DNA from: an uncultured Alphaproteobacteria bacterium
Lineage (GTDB): Bacteria; Pseudomonadota; Alphaproteobacteria; Rhizobiales; Xanthobacteraceae
Assembly: GCA_963791665.1 (NCBI GenBank)
Contig: CAWBTH010000034.1
Location: 17,114 to 81,113 of the forward strand
Length of the DNA stretch: 64,000 nucleotides
Reading direction: 5' to 3'
Shown here one piece after another: positions 23,794 through 33,399 of the stretch. The notes beneath the pieces were generated by a model that was not told the DNA's origin, did not search any database, and saw nothing but the letters and a program-made list of their open reading frames with translations. The stretch's first letter is position 1. Each line of letters opens with the position of its first letter. Made by a program: the position numbers and the translations under genes.

Positions 23794-24584
23794 TCACGCC
23801 GCCTGATGGCCCGCTTTCATCAGCTGCAGGATGATTTCGAGCCGCTCGACCGCGCCGTCGGCTTCCAGAATCTCCTGCATCCTTTCGATTCCGATCCTTG
23901 ACATGGGCAGGAGCGGTGCGATGCTGTCGGCCAGCATGCCGGGATCGGTGAGATAATTCCGCGAGGCTGCGCGCGGCAAGCTGACATAGGTTTCATACGC
24001 TTCGAGGACCTGCCGCGACAAGGTCATAATTTCCGTGGTGAGATCGACCCGGCTGTCTTCGATCGGCGCGACTTCGGCGCCGAGAAACGCGGCCGCGACC
24101 GGCGTGACGATGGCGGCGCGCTGATGTCCGGCGACGACCAGCTTCAGCGTATGTCTTTCAACGTCACGCTGTCGATCACCGTAGCCGATGACGCCGACGG
24201 AATTGTAGATCTCGAAAGTCGGATCGTCATCGACTGCCCGCCGCTGCCTGACGGCGAAGATGCGGCCGCCTTGGCGCGCGCTTTCGCCACCGCACGCCTG
24301 GTTTTGTCGCGCCCGACGAAGAGCGGCGCAATCATCTGCGGAAACACGACGATGTCGCGCAACGGCACGACGGGCATGACCGTTCCCGCCGCAACGGACG
24401 GAGCCGGCCGTTTGTGCTCCGGCTGCCTTGCCCGGATCCGCGCGGCCAGCACATTCCAGTCGTGCAGGCCGAAGGCCCTGGCGATCAGCTCCAGGCTTTC
24501 GCCGTGGGTGAGGGAGACGGACTTGGTCTTGAGGGCATCGCGCAGCGTCTGCGCCATAGCCTTGGCATCGCGGAAATCGCGCAT
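23794..24584 (-). CDS. Glyoxalase-superfamily-type N-terminal domain fused to a Lon substrate-binding (LON-N) domain; frameshifted near 24270
   Basis: MRDFRDAKAMAQTLR...GLHDWNVL, then PVVPLRDIVVFPQM.PLFVGR; ADSIA...QEILE..AVERLE in the second frame. Confidence 0.75.
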
Positions 24585-24589
24585 TGGAG

Positions 24590-24727
24590 GTACCTCTGCT
24601 GTGGCGAACGAGAAATGTCAGGCGCTTGCGTTGCTGACTCGTTCGCTCTGGCAAAGGGACCGAAAGCGGCGTGATACGTTCACCATACCCTGAAAGGGCG
24701 CAAGCAGCGGGTCGTATCCACCCGTTG
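24590..24727 (-). promoter_or_regulatory. Structured 5' leader, resembles the sul1 RNA motif
   Basis: Minus-strand stems CGGGU/ACCCG, GCCC/GGGU, GUGA/UCAC and a long GCGAACGAG/CUCGUUCGC stem; the family resemblance is from memory. Confidence 0.55.
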
Positions 24728-24811
24728 CGAAAATATGCCCGGCCAGGCAGGCTGTCAACGCCGAGACAATTCGGCCGTGACCTTGAAGGCCATTTGCGCT
24801 AGTCACCGGCC

Positions 24812-26008
24812 ATGAGCCGCCGCGTCAAGAAGCCATTGAGACCCCGGGGCGAACGCCCGAGGGGCGCGCGTCCCTATCGGGACAAGCAGCGGGATGAGTA
24901 TCAACAGGCGCATCGCCCCGGCGGCAAGCCCGCGCGCCTCGCGGCGCCCCGCGCAGCAAAGCCTGCGCCTTTTGTCGCGGAGCCGGAGAAGACCGTCGCC
25001 GAGGCGCCGCCGCTGCCGACCAAGGTGCAGACCGTCGTGGTCACGCCGGACGAGGACAACATGCGGGTCGACCGCTTCCTCGAAGCGCGCTTTCCGGGGC
25101 TGTCGTTTTCCCACATCCAGCGCATCGTCCGCAAAGGCGAGTTGCGCGTGAACGGCAAGCGCGCCGACAGCAAGGATCGGCTGCAGGCCGGCCAGAGCAT
25201 CCGCATTCCGCCGCTCCGGCTGGATACGCCGAAGGTCGCGGGCAAACTGTCGGACGCCGAAGCGAAGACGCTCGCCGACTTGAAGGCGATGACGCTCTAC
25301 GAAGACGACGACGTGCTGGTGTTGAACAAGCCCGCCGGACTCGCGGTGCAGGGCGGCTCCGGCACCACGCGACATGTCGACCAGATGCTCGAAGTGATGC
25401 GCGACTCGAAAGGTCAGAAGCCGCGGCTGGTACACCGGCTCGACAAGGAGACGTCGGGTTGCCTGCTGGTGGCCAAGACGCGCTTTGCCGCAACCGCATT
25501 GACCGGATCGTTCCGCCATCGATCGGCACGCAAGATCTACTGGGCGCTGGTGGCGGGCGTGCCGAAGCCGAAGCAGGGCCGCATCTCGACCTATCTCGCG
25601 AAAGAGGAGAGCGAGGAGGACTCCATCATGCGCATTGCCGCCCATGGTGACGAGGGCGCGAGCCACGCGGTGACCTATTACGCCGTAGTCGAAACGTCGG
25701 CCACGAAGCTCGCCTGGGTGTCGCTGAAACCGGTCACCGGGCGGACGCATCAATTGCGCGCGCATATGGCGCATATCGACCACGCCATCGTCGGCGATCC
25801 CAAATATTTCAACAAGGAGAACTGGCAGCTGCCCGGCGGTTTGCAGAACCGGCTGCATCTCTTGGCGCGCCGCATCGTGATTCCGCATCCGCGCGGCGGC
25901 GTGATCGATGCGTCGGCGCCGCTGCCGCCGCACATGCTGCAATCGTGGAATCTGCTGGGGCTTGAGGCCGACCGCTTCGATCCGATCGAGAACGCGCCGG
26001 AGGAGTGA
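24812..26008 (+). CDS. RluA-family pseudouridine synthase (RluC-like)
   Basis: S4 domain RVDRFL, NKPAGL, HRLDKETSG, TGRTHQLR. Confidence 0.95.
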   Translation: MSRRVKKPLRPRGERPRGARPYRDKQRDEYQQAHRPGGKPARLAAPRAAKPAPFVAEPEKTVAEAPPLPTKVQTVVVTPDEDNMRVDRFLEARFPGLSFSHIQRIVRKGELRVNGKRADSKDRLQAGQSIRIPPLRLDTPKVAGKLSDAEAKTLADLKAMTLYEDDDVLVLNKPAGLAVQGGSGTTRHVDQMLEVMRDSKGQKPRLVHRLDKETSGCLLVAKTRFAATALTGSFRHRSARKIYWALVAGVPKPKQGRISTYLAKEESEEDSIMRIAAHGDEGASHAVTYYAVVETSATKLAWVSLKPVTGRTHQLRAHMAHIDHAIVGDPKYFNKENWQLPGGLQNRLHLLARRIVIPHPRGGVIDASAPLPPHMLQSWNLLGLEADRFDPIENAPEE

Positions 26009-26009
26009 G

Positions 26010-26459
26010 CTAGTTCCTGAATTGCTCCAGGAACATCCGCAAGGAGTCGTGCGGGCTCTCGACATCCGTGATCACCCAGCCGTCGCGGCCCTGCACCAGG
26101 ATGAAGTTCAGCGTGACGCTGCGCCCGTCATTATCGAAGCTCGCGGCGACGTAGGTCTTGTCGAACTGTTTGCGCAGGATCGAGACGGCGACCGGGCCGA
26201 GCTTCCAGGTCGGGCTCTGCACCATGAAATCGTAGGGCTCGGTGCGCGGCGCCAGCCAGGCGCTGCGCAGGCTCGGATCGAAGAATTTTTGGGCGGTGGC
26301 CTCGTCGCGCGGCAGCCCGCGCGAAAGGTCCGGCGCGCCCTTGCCGTAATAGGCGTAGACGTTGCGGACGGCCGATTCGGGCGTGCGAAACCCGGCCTCG
26401 GCCGCCGGCGCGCTCAAGGCGGAAAATGCCGCCACAACGATCGCAAAAGTCCTCTTCAC
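26010..26459 (-). CDS. Exported hypothetical protein
   Basis: Signal peptide; W.ITDV C-terminal motif. Confidence 0.75.
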   Translation of the reverse strand: MKRTFAIVVAAFSALSAPAAEAGFRTPESAVRNVYAYYGKGAPDLSRGLPRDEATAQKFFDPSLRSAWLAPRTEPYDFMVQSPTWKLGPVAVSILRKQFDKTYVAASFDNDGRSVTLNFILVQGRDGWVITDVESPHDSLRMFLEQFRN

Positions 26460-26537
26460 CGCAGGCTCGCTTTACTGCAAGGCACGCATATCATAATTGG
26501 AGCGTTCGTTTGATGCGACGGAGAGAAGCAATTTCGC

Positions 26538-27321
26538 ATGCGTGACTTGTTTGACGAGATGGCCGGCCAATCGCCGCTCGATCCGCAGGAGGCGGTGCGG
26601 CGCGAGGCGCGCGTACCCAAACGCAAGCGCTTCTACAAGGAGGCCGGCGTCGCCGAGGCGGCAAGCGGATTTAACGTCACGCTGGACGGCAAGCCGATCA
26701 AGACCCCCTCGGGCCGCACCGTCACCGTGCCGGTTCGCGCAATCGCCGAGGCCATCGCAGAGGAATGGCGCGCGCAAGCGGACACCATCGATCCCCTGAC
26801 CATGCCGCTGACGCGCTTCGCCAACAGCGTCGTCGAGTCCGTGGTCGATCGCGTGGCGCTGGTACGCGACGACGTCGCGAAATATCTCCACTCCGATCTC
26901 TTGTTCTATCGCGCCGGCCATCCGCAGGCGCTGGTCGCGAAGGAGGCCGCTGCATTGGGACCCCGTGCTGTTCTGGGCGGCGGATACACTCGGCGCGCAC
27001 TTCATCCTCGGCGAAGGCATCATGCATGTCCGCCAACCCGACACGGCAGTCGAGGCGGCCAAAGCCGCGTTGCCGCACGAGCCCTGGTCGTTGGCGGCCG
27101 TGCATGTCGTGACGACCCTGACCGGATCGGCATTGCTGGCGCTGGCGCTGACCCATGGCGCGCGCGATCCCGATCAGATCTGGGGTGCCGCCCATGTCGA
27201 TGAGGACTGGAACCGCGATCAATGGGGCGCGGACGAGGAGGTGACCGCGCGGCGCGCTGCCCGCGAGGTCGATTTCCGCGCCGCCGTGCGGATTTTAGCG
27301 GCGATGAAGCCATCAGGTTAA
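26538..27321 (+). CDS. ATP12-family chaperone (indel near 26955)
   Basis: KRFYK, LDGKPIKTP, MPLTR, DLLFYRA; LTGS..., AHVDEDWN..WG in the second frame. Confidence 0.9.
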
Positions 27322-27333
27322 CGAGAGGTTTAC
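27318..27333 (+). promoter_or_regulatory. Putative CtrA box upstream of fliK
   Basis: TTAA-N7-TTTAC, one mismatch to TTAA-N7-TTAAC. Confidence 0.5.
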
Positions 27334-27357
27334 GCCGCCCACGCTAGCGTTGCGGCC

Positions 27358-29064
27358 ATGGCGCTGACCGTCAACCCCAGCTTACCCGTCATTGCCGCGC
27401 AGGCCACCGGCAGCGCCACATCCGGCGTCGTGCTGCAGCCGGGCATGGTGGTCGATGCGCAGGTGCTCAAGGTCGCCGAGAATTTGGTGCAGATCGCAAT
27501 CGCAGGGCTCTCGATCGACGTGATGTCGGAGGTCGCGCTGACGCCGGGGCAGAGTTTGCAGCTTGCAGTGTCGCAGACATCTGACGGCACGGTGCGGCTC
27601 GCAATGGTCGGGCAGGGCGCCGGCGCGCCGCCGGCGGACACGGCCGGTGTTGCGACTGCGCCCATTGGAACGATGAGCTCGCCGGTCAATGCGACAAGCA
27701 ACGCACCGGTCACGATCAACAGCATCGCAACCCCGGCGCAGGTCGTGGCGCCCACGGCCAACGATCCCCTGACTCCGCTGGAGCGGATCGCAGTGTCGGT
27801 TGCCGCCGAGACCGCGGCCACCCAGCAACAATCGCTCGCGCCGCTGTTCGCCAATCTCAATGCGGCCGCGACCTCGAGCAGCTTGCCGCCGGTGCTGCAG
27901 CAGGCGGTGTTGCAGGTGCTGGCGCAGCAGACGCCACTGGTCCCTGGCCTCAGCGGCGAAGATGTTCAGACTGCAGTGCAGACTTCCGGCCTGTTCCTGG
28001 AGTCCTCGCTGGCGACCGGCTCGCTTCCGCCCACCGGTATCCCCGATCTCAAGGCCGCGTTGATCGTGCTGCGGCAGACGCTGGCCGTGGCCGTGCAAGC
28101 AACCGAGACGCCGCAGGCGGTTGCGCCGGTTGTTTCAACCGTTGCGGCAGCTGAAATAAAGCCGGCAACGCCCTCGCCATCGTTGGTTCCGGCGCAGCCG
28201 GAGCAAACGCAGCCCGACCAGGTTCCTGACCCAGCCGTCCACGAAATCGCCCCACCGCAAGCACGCTTGCAGCTTCCAGCGCTCATGTCGGATGCGACGC
28301 GACAACCGACCAAGCTCGTGCTGGCCGAAGCGCTGCTCAGCGCCGGACCAAAGTCGGTGACGTCTGGTGCGGCGCTCAATCTCCTGCAGGAAGCCCTGCA
28401 GGAGATGCCGGCCGCATCGAGCCACGCGCAGACCATGACGGTGACTTTGCCCGGCGGGCAAAGCGAAGAAGCCGTTGTCCACACCAACACGCCGCCGCCG
28501 CCATTCCGCGGCGCGTTGCCGTCGGCGCAGCCGGTGGCCGCTCCCTCGATCGCACCTGACGCGCCGCTCGCAACCACCGTGCGCCATCTGCTCGACGACA
28601 CCGACGCGGCGATTGCGCGTCAGACTTTGCTGCAGGTCGCTTCGCTGCCGGATCGGCCTGACGCATCGGCCAGCCGCACCGATCCCACGATGCCGCGCTG
28701 GAATTTCGAAATCCCCTTTGCGACGCCGTTAGGTACGGCGATGGCGCAGTTCGAAATTTCGCGCGATGGCGGTGGTACTGAAGTCGAATCGTCAAGACGC
28801 GTCTGGCGGGCACGGTTCTCGCTGGACGTCGAGCCCGCCGGACCCGTGCATGCGCTGATCTCCCTGATCGGCGACCGCACTTCGGTCAGGATGTGGGCCG
28901 AGCGGCCGCAGACGGCCTCGCTGCTGCGCGCGGGCGCGAACGACCTCAGCCTGGCGCTGAGTCAAGCCGAGCTGGCGCCCGGCGACATCGTGATCCGCGA
29001 GGGGACGCCGCCGCCGCCGCCGCAGCCGGCCAAAGCCGGGCATTTCCTGGATCGCGCGTCATGA
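27358..29064 (+). CDS. fliK: Flagellar hook-length control protein FliK-like
   Basis: Long Pro/Ala/Thr-rich region, SGLFLE motif, C-terminal GPVHALISL..V.MWAE domain; adjacent FlhB-C gene. Confidence 0.75.
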   Translation: MALTVNPSLPVIAAQATGSATSGVVLQPGMVVDAQVLKVAENLVQIAIAGLSIDVMSEVALTPGQSLQLAVSQTSDGTVRLAMVGQGAGAPPADTAGVATAPIGTMSSPVNATSNAPVTINSIATPAQVVAPTANDPLTPLERIAVSVAAETAATQQQSLAPLFANLNAAATSSSLPPVLQQAVLQVLAQQTPLVPGLSGEDVQTAVQTSGLFLESSLATGSLPPTGIPDLKAALIVLRQTLAVAVQATETPQAVAPVVSTVAAAEIKPATPSPSLVPAQPEQTQPDQVPDPAVHEIAPPQARLQLPALMSDATRQPTKLVLAEALLSAGPKSVTSGAALNLLQEALQEMPAASSHAQTMTVTLPGGQSEEAVVHTNTPPPPFRGALPSAQPVAAPSIAPDAPLATTVRHLLDDTDAAIARQTLLQVASLPDRPDASASRTDPTMPRWNFEIPFATPLGTAMAQFEISRDGGGTEVESSRRVWRARFSLDVEPAGPVHALISLIGDRTSVRMWAERPQTASLLRAGANDLSLALSQAELAPGDIVIREGTPPPPPQPAKAGHFLDRAS

Positions 29065-29330
29065 GCGAGACTGCCAAGCAGCTTGCCGTCGCGCTGCATT
29101 ACGACCGCACGGGCGCGCCGCGCGTGGTCGCCAAGGGCAAGGGCGCGATCGGCGCCAAGATCATCGAGGTCGCGAAAGCCCACGACATTCCGATCGAGGA
29201 GAACGAGGTGCTGGCCGGCGCGCTCTCCAATGTCGAGCTCGGCGACGAAATTCCGGCCGAGCTTTACAAGGCCGTCGCCGAGGTGCTGGTGTTCGTGCTG
29301 AAGCTGACGCGCTCGCCGCGCAGGCCCTAG
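29061..29330 (+). CDS. FlhB C-terminal-like (EscU/YscU/HrcU family) switch protein
   Basis: AVALHYD..APRVVAKG.G, IPAELYKAVAEVL. Confidence 0.9.
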   Translation: MSETAKQLAVALHYDRTGAPRVVAKGKGAIGAKIIEVAKAHDIPIEENEVLAGALSNVELGDEIPAELYKAVAEVLVFVLKLTRSPRRP

Positions 29331-29387
29331 CGTCATCGTTTCACCACTTGTGGTAGGAACTGTCCGCGCGTACGTTCACCAGCCCGG

Positions 29388-30214
29388 ATGCAGACTTTGA
29401 TCACTCGTCGCCACACGCTTGCTCTCCTGGCCGCGGCAAGCACGCTGCCGTCGCGCAGCCTCGCCAACGTCGTCTATCCCAAGACCCAGATTCGCACGGA
29501 CCTTGCGAAGCATTTCACCGACGTCGGGACGGCCGGCACTTTCGTCGCCTATGACGTCGACGCCTACACCCTGATCGCCAGCGATCATGACCGCTCGGCC
29601 GAAGCGAGGCTGCCGGCCTCGACCTACAAGGTCCCGAACTCGCTGATCGCGCTGGAAACCGGCGTCGTCGAGGATCCCGACAAGGACGTCTTCAAATGGG
29701 ACGGCGTCAAGCGCTCGATCGAGGCCTGGAACAAGGATCACACCATGCGGTCTGCGATCGCGGTTTCCGCGGTGCCGGTCTATCAGGAGATCGCGCGGCG
29801 GATCGGGCAAGAGCGCATGCAGAAATATGTCGACCTGCTCGAATACGGCAATCGCAATATCGGCGGCGGCATCGACCAGTTCTGGCTGACCGGCGATCTG
29901 CGCATCGATCCGATCCAGCAGGTCGATTTCCTCGACCGGCTGCGGCGCGGCGTGCTGCCGGTCTCCAAACGCAGCCAGGACCTGGTGCGCGACATCCTGC
30001 CCGTGACCAAGGTCGGCGACGCTGTCATCCGTTCCAAGTCGGGCCTGCTTGGCGCGAGCGCGGCCAGCCGTCGCTCGGCTGGATCGTCGGCTGGGCCGAG
30101 AAAGGCGAGGCGAGGGTGGTGTTCGCGCTCAACATGGACTGCAAGGAGCAACGCCACATCGCCGACCGCATGAACCTGACGCAGGCCTGCCTGCACGATA
30201 TCGGCGCGATCTGA
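29388..30214 (+). CDS. Class D (OXA-type) beta-lactamase (indel near 30055)
   Basis: PASTYK (SxxK), SAV, YGN, FWL, KSG; GWIVGW in the second frame; TRR Tat-like signal. Confidence 0.9.
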
Positions 30215-30297
30215 TCTCGCAAACGCTGGCGCAGGCACCGCGCCGCGGCTAGCATCCTCGCTCAATCAAGAAACGCAGGGAGGAAACATGTCGCGAC

Positions 30298-30850
30298 GCT
30301 TTCCACAACTCACGCCGGACCAGCTCAACGCGCGCAGAAGCCGCTTGCCGACAAGATCGTGAAGGTGTCGAGCGTCGGCATCGGCGGACCCTATAATCTG
30401 CTGCTGCGCAGCCCGGTGCTGGGCCAGCGGATGTTCGATCTGTTCGATTATCTGCGCTGGAACACGTCGGTGGAGACGCGGCTCAACGAGTTCGCGATCC
30501 TGATCGTCGGCCGGCAGTGGCGCTCGCAGATGGAGTGGTTCGCGCATGCGCCGATCGCCGCCAAGGCGGGACTGTCGGCCGACATCATCGCCGATTTGAA
30601 AGCCAGGAAGCGGCCCTCGAAAATGGCCGAGGACGAGGCCGTCGTTTACGACTTCGTCACGGAGCTGACGACCACGCACAAGGTGTCCGACGCGACCTTT
30701 GCGCGGGCGCGCAAAATGTTCAGCGATCAGCAGATCGTCGATCTCACCGCGGTCGCCGGCAATTACGTGATGGTGGCGATGATCCTCGCGATGGCCGAGC
30801 AAAGCGTGCCGCCGGACAAGGAAGAGCCGTTCAAGGCGGGGGAAGAGTGA
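30298..30850 (+). CDS. Carboxymuconolactone decarboxylase (AhpD-like) family protein (5' indel)
   Basis: GGPYN.LLRSP, EFAIL, EWFAH; GGAGG RBS. Confidence 0.82.
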
Positions 30851-30869
30851 GAGCTGCAAGCTCGCTCTC

Positions 30870-31007
30870 TCACCTCCCTCCCCCTGAAAGGGGGAGGGTT
30901 GGCGAGGGGCACTTGTTGCATCAAGTGCCGTCGGAATTGACCGCGCGTAGAATTTGAACCCCCTCGTCGCTGACGCGATCCGACCTCTCCCTTTCAGGGG
31001 GAGGTGA
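30870..31007. repeat. Composite palindromic intergenic element
   Basis: TCACCTCC...GGAGGTGA ends; internal CTCCCCCTGAAAGGGGGAG and CTCTCCCTTTCAGGGGGAG hairpins. Confidence 0.75.
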
Positions 31008-31026
31008 GGCGCAGCTAGTTGAGAGG

Positions 31027-31822
31027 CTATTCCTTTGCGCCCGCCAGCGCCTTGTCGAGCGCCTGCGCGCCGATCTCGCACAGGGTCAGCGAGATGACGT
31101 CGCCGCTCTGCTCGAAGGCTTTGGCGAGGTAGCCGAACTGGGTCCGCGCCAGCCGCAAGCCCTGCACCGAGACCACCGCTACCAACTCGTCGATCGCGCC
31201 GATGGCCTGTTCGGTCGCCGCGCTCATGTTGGCGAGCCCGTTTTCGCTGTTCTGAATCTGCGTGCGCAGCCGCGCGGCCTCCTCGGTGAAGACGCGGCGG
31301 TCGATTTCGGCGAGCCGGTCGCGCTGCTCGATCTGCGCCCTCAGCGAGGCGATCTCGTCGTCCGCGTGTCCGCCTCGCTCGGTGAGTTGTGCCCGCAGCG
31401 ATGCGATTTCCGTTTCAGCCTGCCGCAGGTTCTCCACGAGCTGGAATCTCAGTGAGCCGATCTCGGCTTCGGAGCGTTGGTCATTGTCGGCAAGCCGGGT
31501 CTTCAGGACGGCCAGTTCGGCCTCGGCCTGACTCTGGCTCTGTGCCAGATGCTCCTTCAGCGCGGCGACCTCGGCCAGCAGATTGTCGGACGCAAGTTCG
31601 GCGACCTCGCGCTGCTCCAAATTCTGGCCGTGGTCTGCCTGCAGCTGTTGAAGCTGACGCTTCCGCCGCGCTCGCGCGCCGGCTCAATGTCTCGATCGCG
31701 CTCGCTGCCTCTTGCAGCATCTCCGCATTGCGGCCACCGCTCATCATGCTGGCAAGCCGGCGCAGGAAATCGACGGTTTCGGTGGTGCTGTCGGTCGGAA
31801 CTGACAAGGCTGTCGCTGGCAT
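31027..31822 (-). CDS. Coiled-coil hypothetical protein (indels near 31620-31650)
   Basis: FLRRLASMMSGGRNAEMLQ N-terminus; repeated E.EIASLRAQL heptads. Confidence 0.7.
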
Positions 31823-32089
31823 GGGACCCGTTCGATGTGGACCAACTCACCCTGAGGTGCGCGCGGCGGTTGTCAGAGATACGCGAGATATGGGCCAGAT
31901 AAGGGCCGGGTGTGTCACGGGAACGACAGAACGCGGCCGCCGGGCGCGGTACCTCGGTAGGTCGAAACCGGCCGCCAAATCCGGAAATAGCATCCAAAAC
32001 GGGGTGTGGCGACCGGTTGGGGCGGGGTTTTAAGCCATCTTAGTGATTTTCCACCAGAGTCTGCGTCTCACGCGGCTCCCAGGGGTCAG

Positions 32090-32884
32090 ATGACCGGGAA
32101 CATCATCACGTCGGAGGCGATCAAATCGGACTCCCAGCGCGCGCTCGCCGACCTCTGGGATCGGCTGGCGGCCGGCCGGCGTTTTCCGGCGTTCACCGAG
32201 CTTGATGTCGAGGAGCTGCAGCACGATCCGAAGCAACTCGTGGTCTGGAGCGTCGAGGGCGAGGGGCCGCGCCAGAAATTCCGCGCGCAGTACCAGGGCA
32301 ACAACGTCGCGCAGGCGTTCAATTCGGACTGGGCCGGCAAGACCATGGACGAGGTTGCGCCGATGTCGCTGCGGCGCGTGGCGCTCGATGCCGCAAAGCA
32401 GTGCGCCGCCACCGGCGCCGCCGTCTACATGATCCTCTCGACGATGGACGCCAGCGGCCAGAGGGTGGACTGCCATCGGCTGTTGCTGCCGTTTGGCCGG
32501 GACGGCGCCGCTGTCGAGCAAATCCTGGCCTCGCTGCAGCTTACCGTGGTCAGCGCGCGAAAGCGGATCGTCAGCGATTTCAGCATGCAGGCCGACGTCA
32601 CTTTCGCTGGCCTGATCCGGCCGAGTACACTTGCGGCCAACGGCAAGCGCGACAATCGCAAGGCAGCGCGGCGCGCCGTCAGACTTGCCGGCAGGATCAG
32701 CTTTGCCGGGAAAAACCTCACCTGCATGGTGCGCGACATCTCCGCGAGTGGCGCCGCGATCGAGGATGCGAACCTGACGCTGGTCCCCGACAATTTCCGG
32801 CTCATGATGGAGATGGAATCGGCCGAACGGCGCTGCACCGTGGTCTGGCGTCAGCCGACGCGCATCGGCGTGCGCTTCAGCTGA
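32090..32884 (+). CDS. PAS-like domain plus C-terminal PilZ domain protein
   Basis: RKAAR (RxxxR) and DISASG (DxSxxG), IGVRF; N-terminal PAS-like W...P.F, RLLLPF. Confidence 0.82.
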   Translation: MTGNIITSEAIKSDSQRALADLWDRLAAGRRFPAFTELDVEELQHDPKQLVVWSVEGEGPRQKFRAQYQGNNVAQAFNSDWAGKTMDEVAPMSLRRVALDAAKQCAATGAAVYMILSTMDASGQRVDCHRLLLPFGRDGAAVEQILASLQLTVVSARKRIVSDFSMQADVTFAGLIRPSTLAANGKRDNRKAARRAVRLAGRISFAGKNLTCMVRDISASGAAIEDANLTLVPDNFRLMMEMESAERRCTVVWRQPTRIGVRFS

Positions 32885-33290
32885 TTTTGGTCGGCGCCGC
32901 TGCGCCTTTCCCGATCCGGCCGAGATGGGTGAAGGCAAAGCCGGCGCCGTATTTCAGGCCGTAGCCGAGCGCGCGATCGATCCCGATATGCGCGAGCCAG
33001 ATCATGGCGAGCTTCGGTGTCTTGGGATCGCCGAACATGAAGCCGAACGTCATCAAGGCGACCGGGGCCAGCGTAGAGTGCGCGGCGTTGTAGACGATCG
33101 CGCCGATGCGCTTGCCCGCCAGATAGGCCGCAAAGCTGAGATCCGGCGCGAGGAACAGCACGGCAAACAGCCACCATTTGCCGTCCCAGACCGCGTAAAG
33201 CGCGACCATCACCGCAAACAGCGCCAGCCCCTCCAGCCGCAGCAGGGTCCTGACGCCGCCGGTTACAGCCCCCTCGGTTGTCTCGCTCAT
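32877..33290 (-). CDS. DUF4260-family membrane protein
   Basis: LLRLEG, PDLS, YNAAH, HIGIDRALGYGLKY, THLG. Confidence 0.85.
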   Translation of the reverse strand: MSETTEGAVTGGVRTLLRLEGLALFAVMVALYAVWDGKWWLFAVLFLAPDLSFAAYLAGKRIGAIVYNAAHSTLAPVALMTFGFMFGDPKTPKLAMIWLAHIGIDRALGYGLKYGAGFAFTHLGRIGKGAAAPTKIS

Positions 33291-33399
33291 CGCCATCTCC
33301 TTGCGTCGGGTTCGTTTTCGGATGCCTTGTAGCCTTTCCGCAGCCGAAAGGGACTGTTAGAACCCCCTGAAATCGAACGGAAATAGCGGGCGGGAACAG

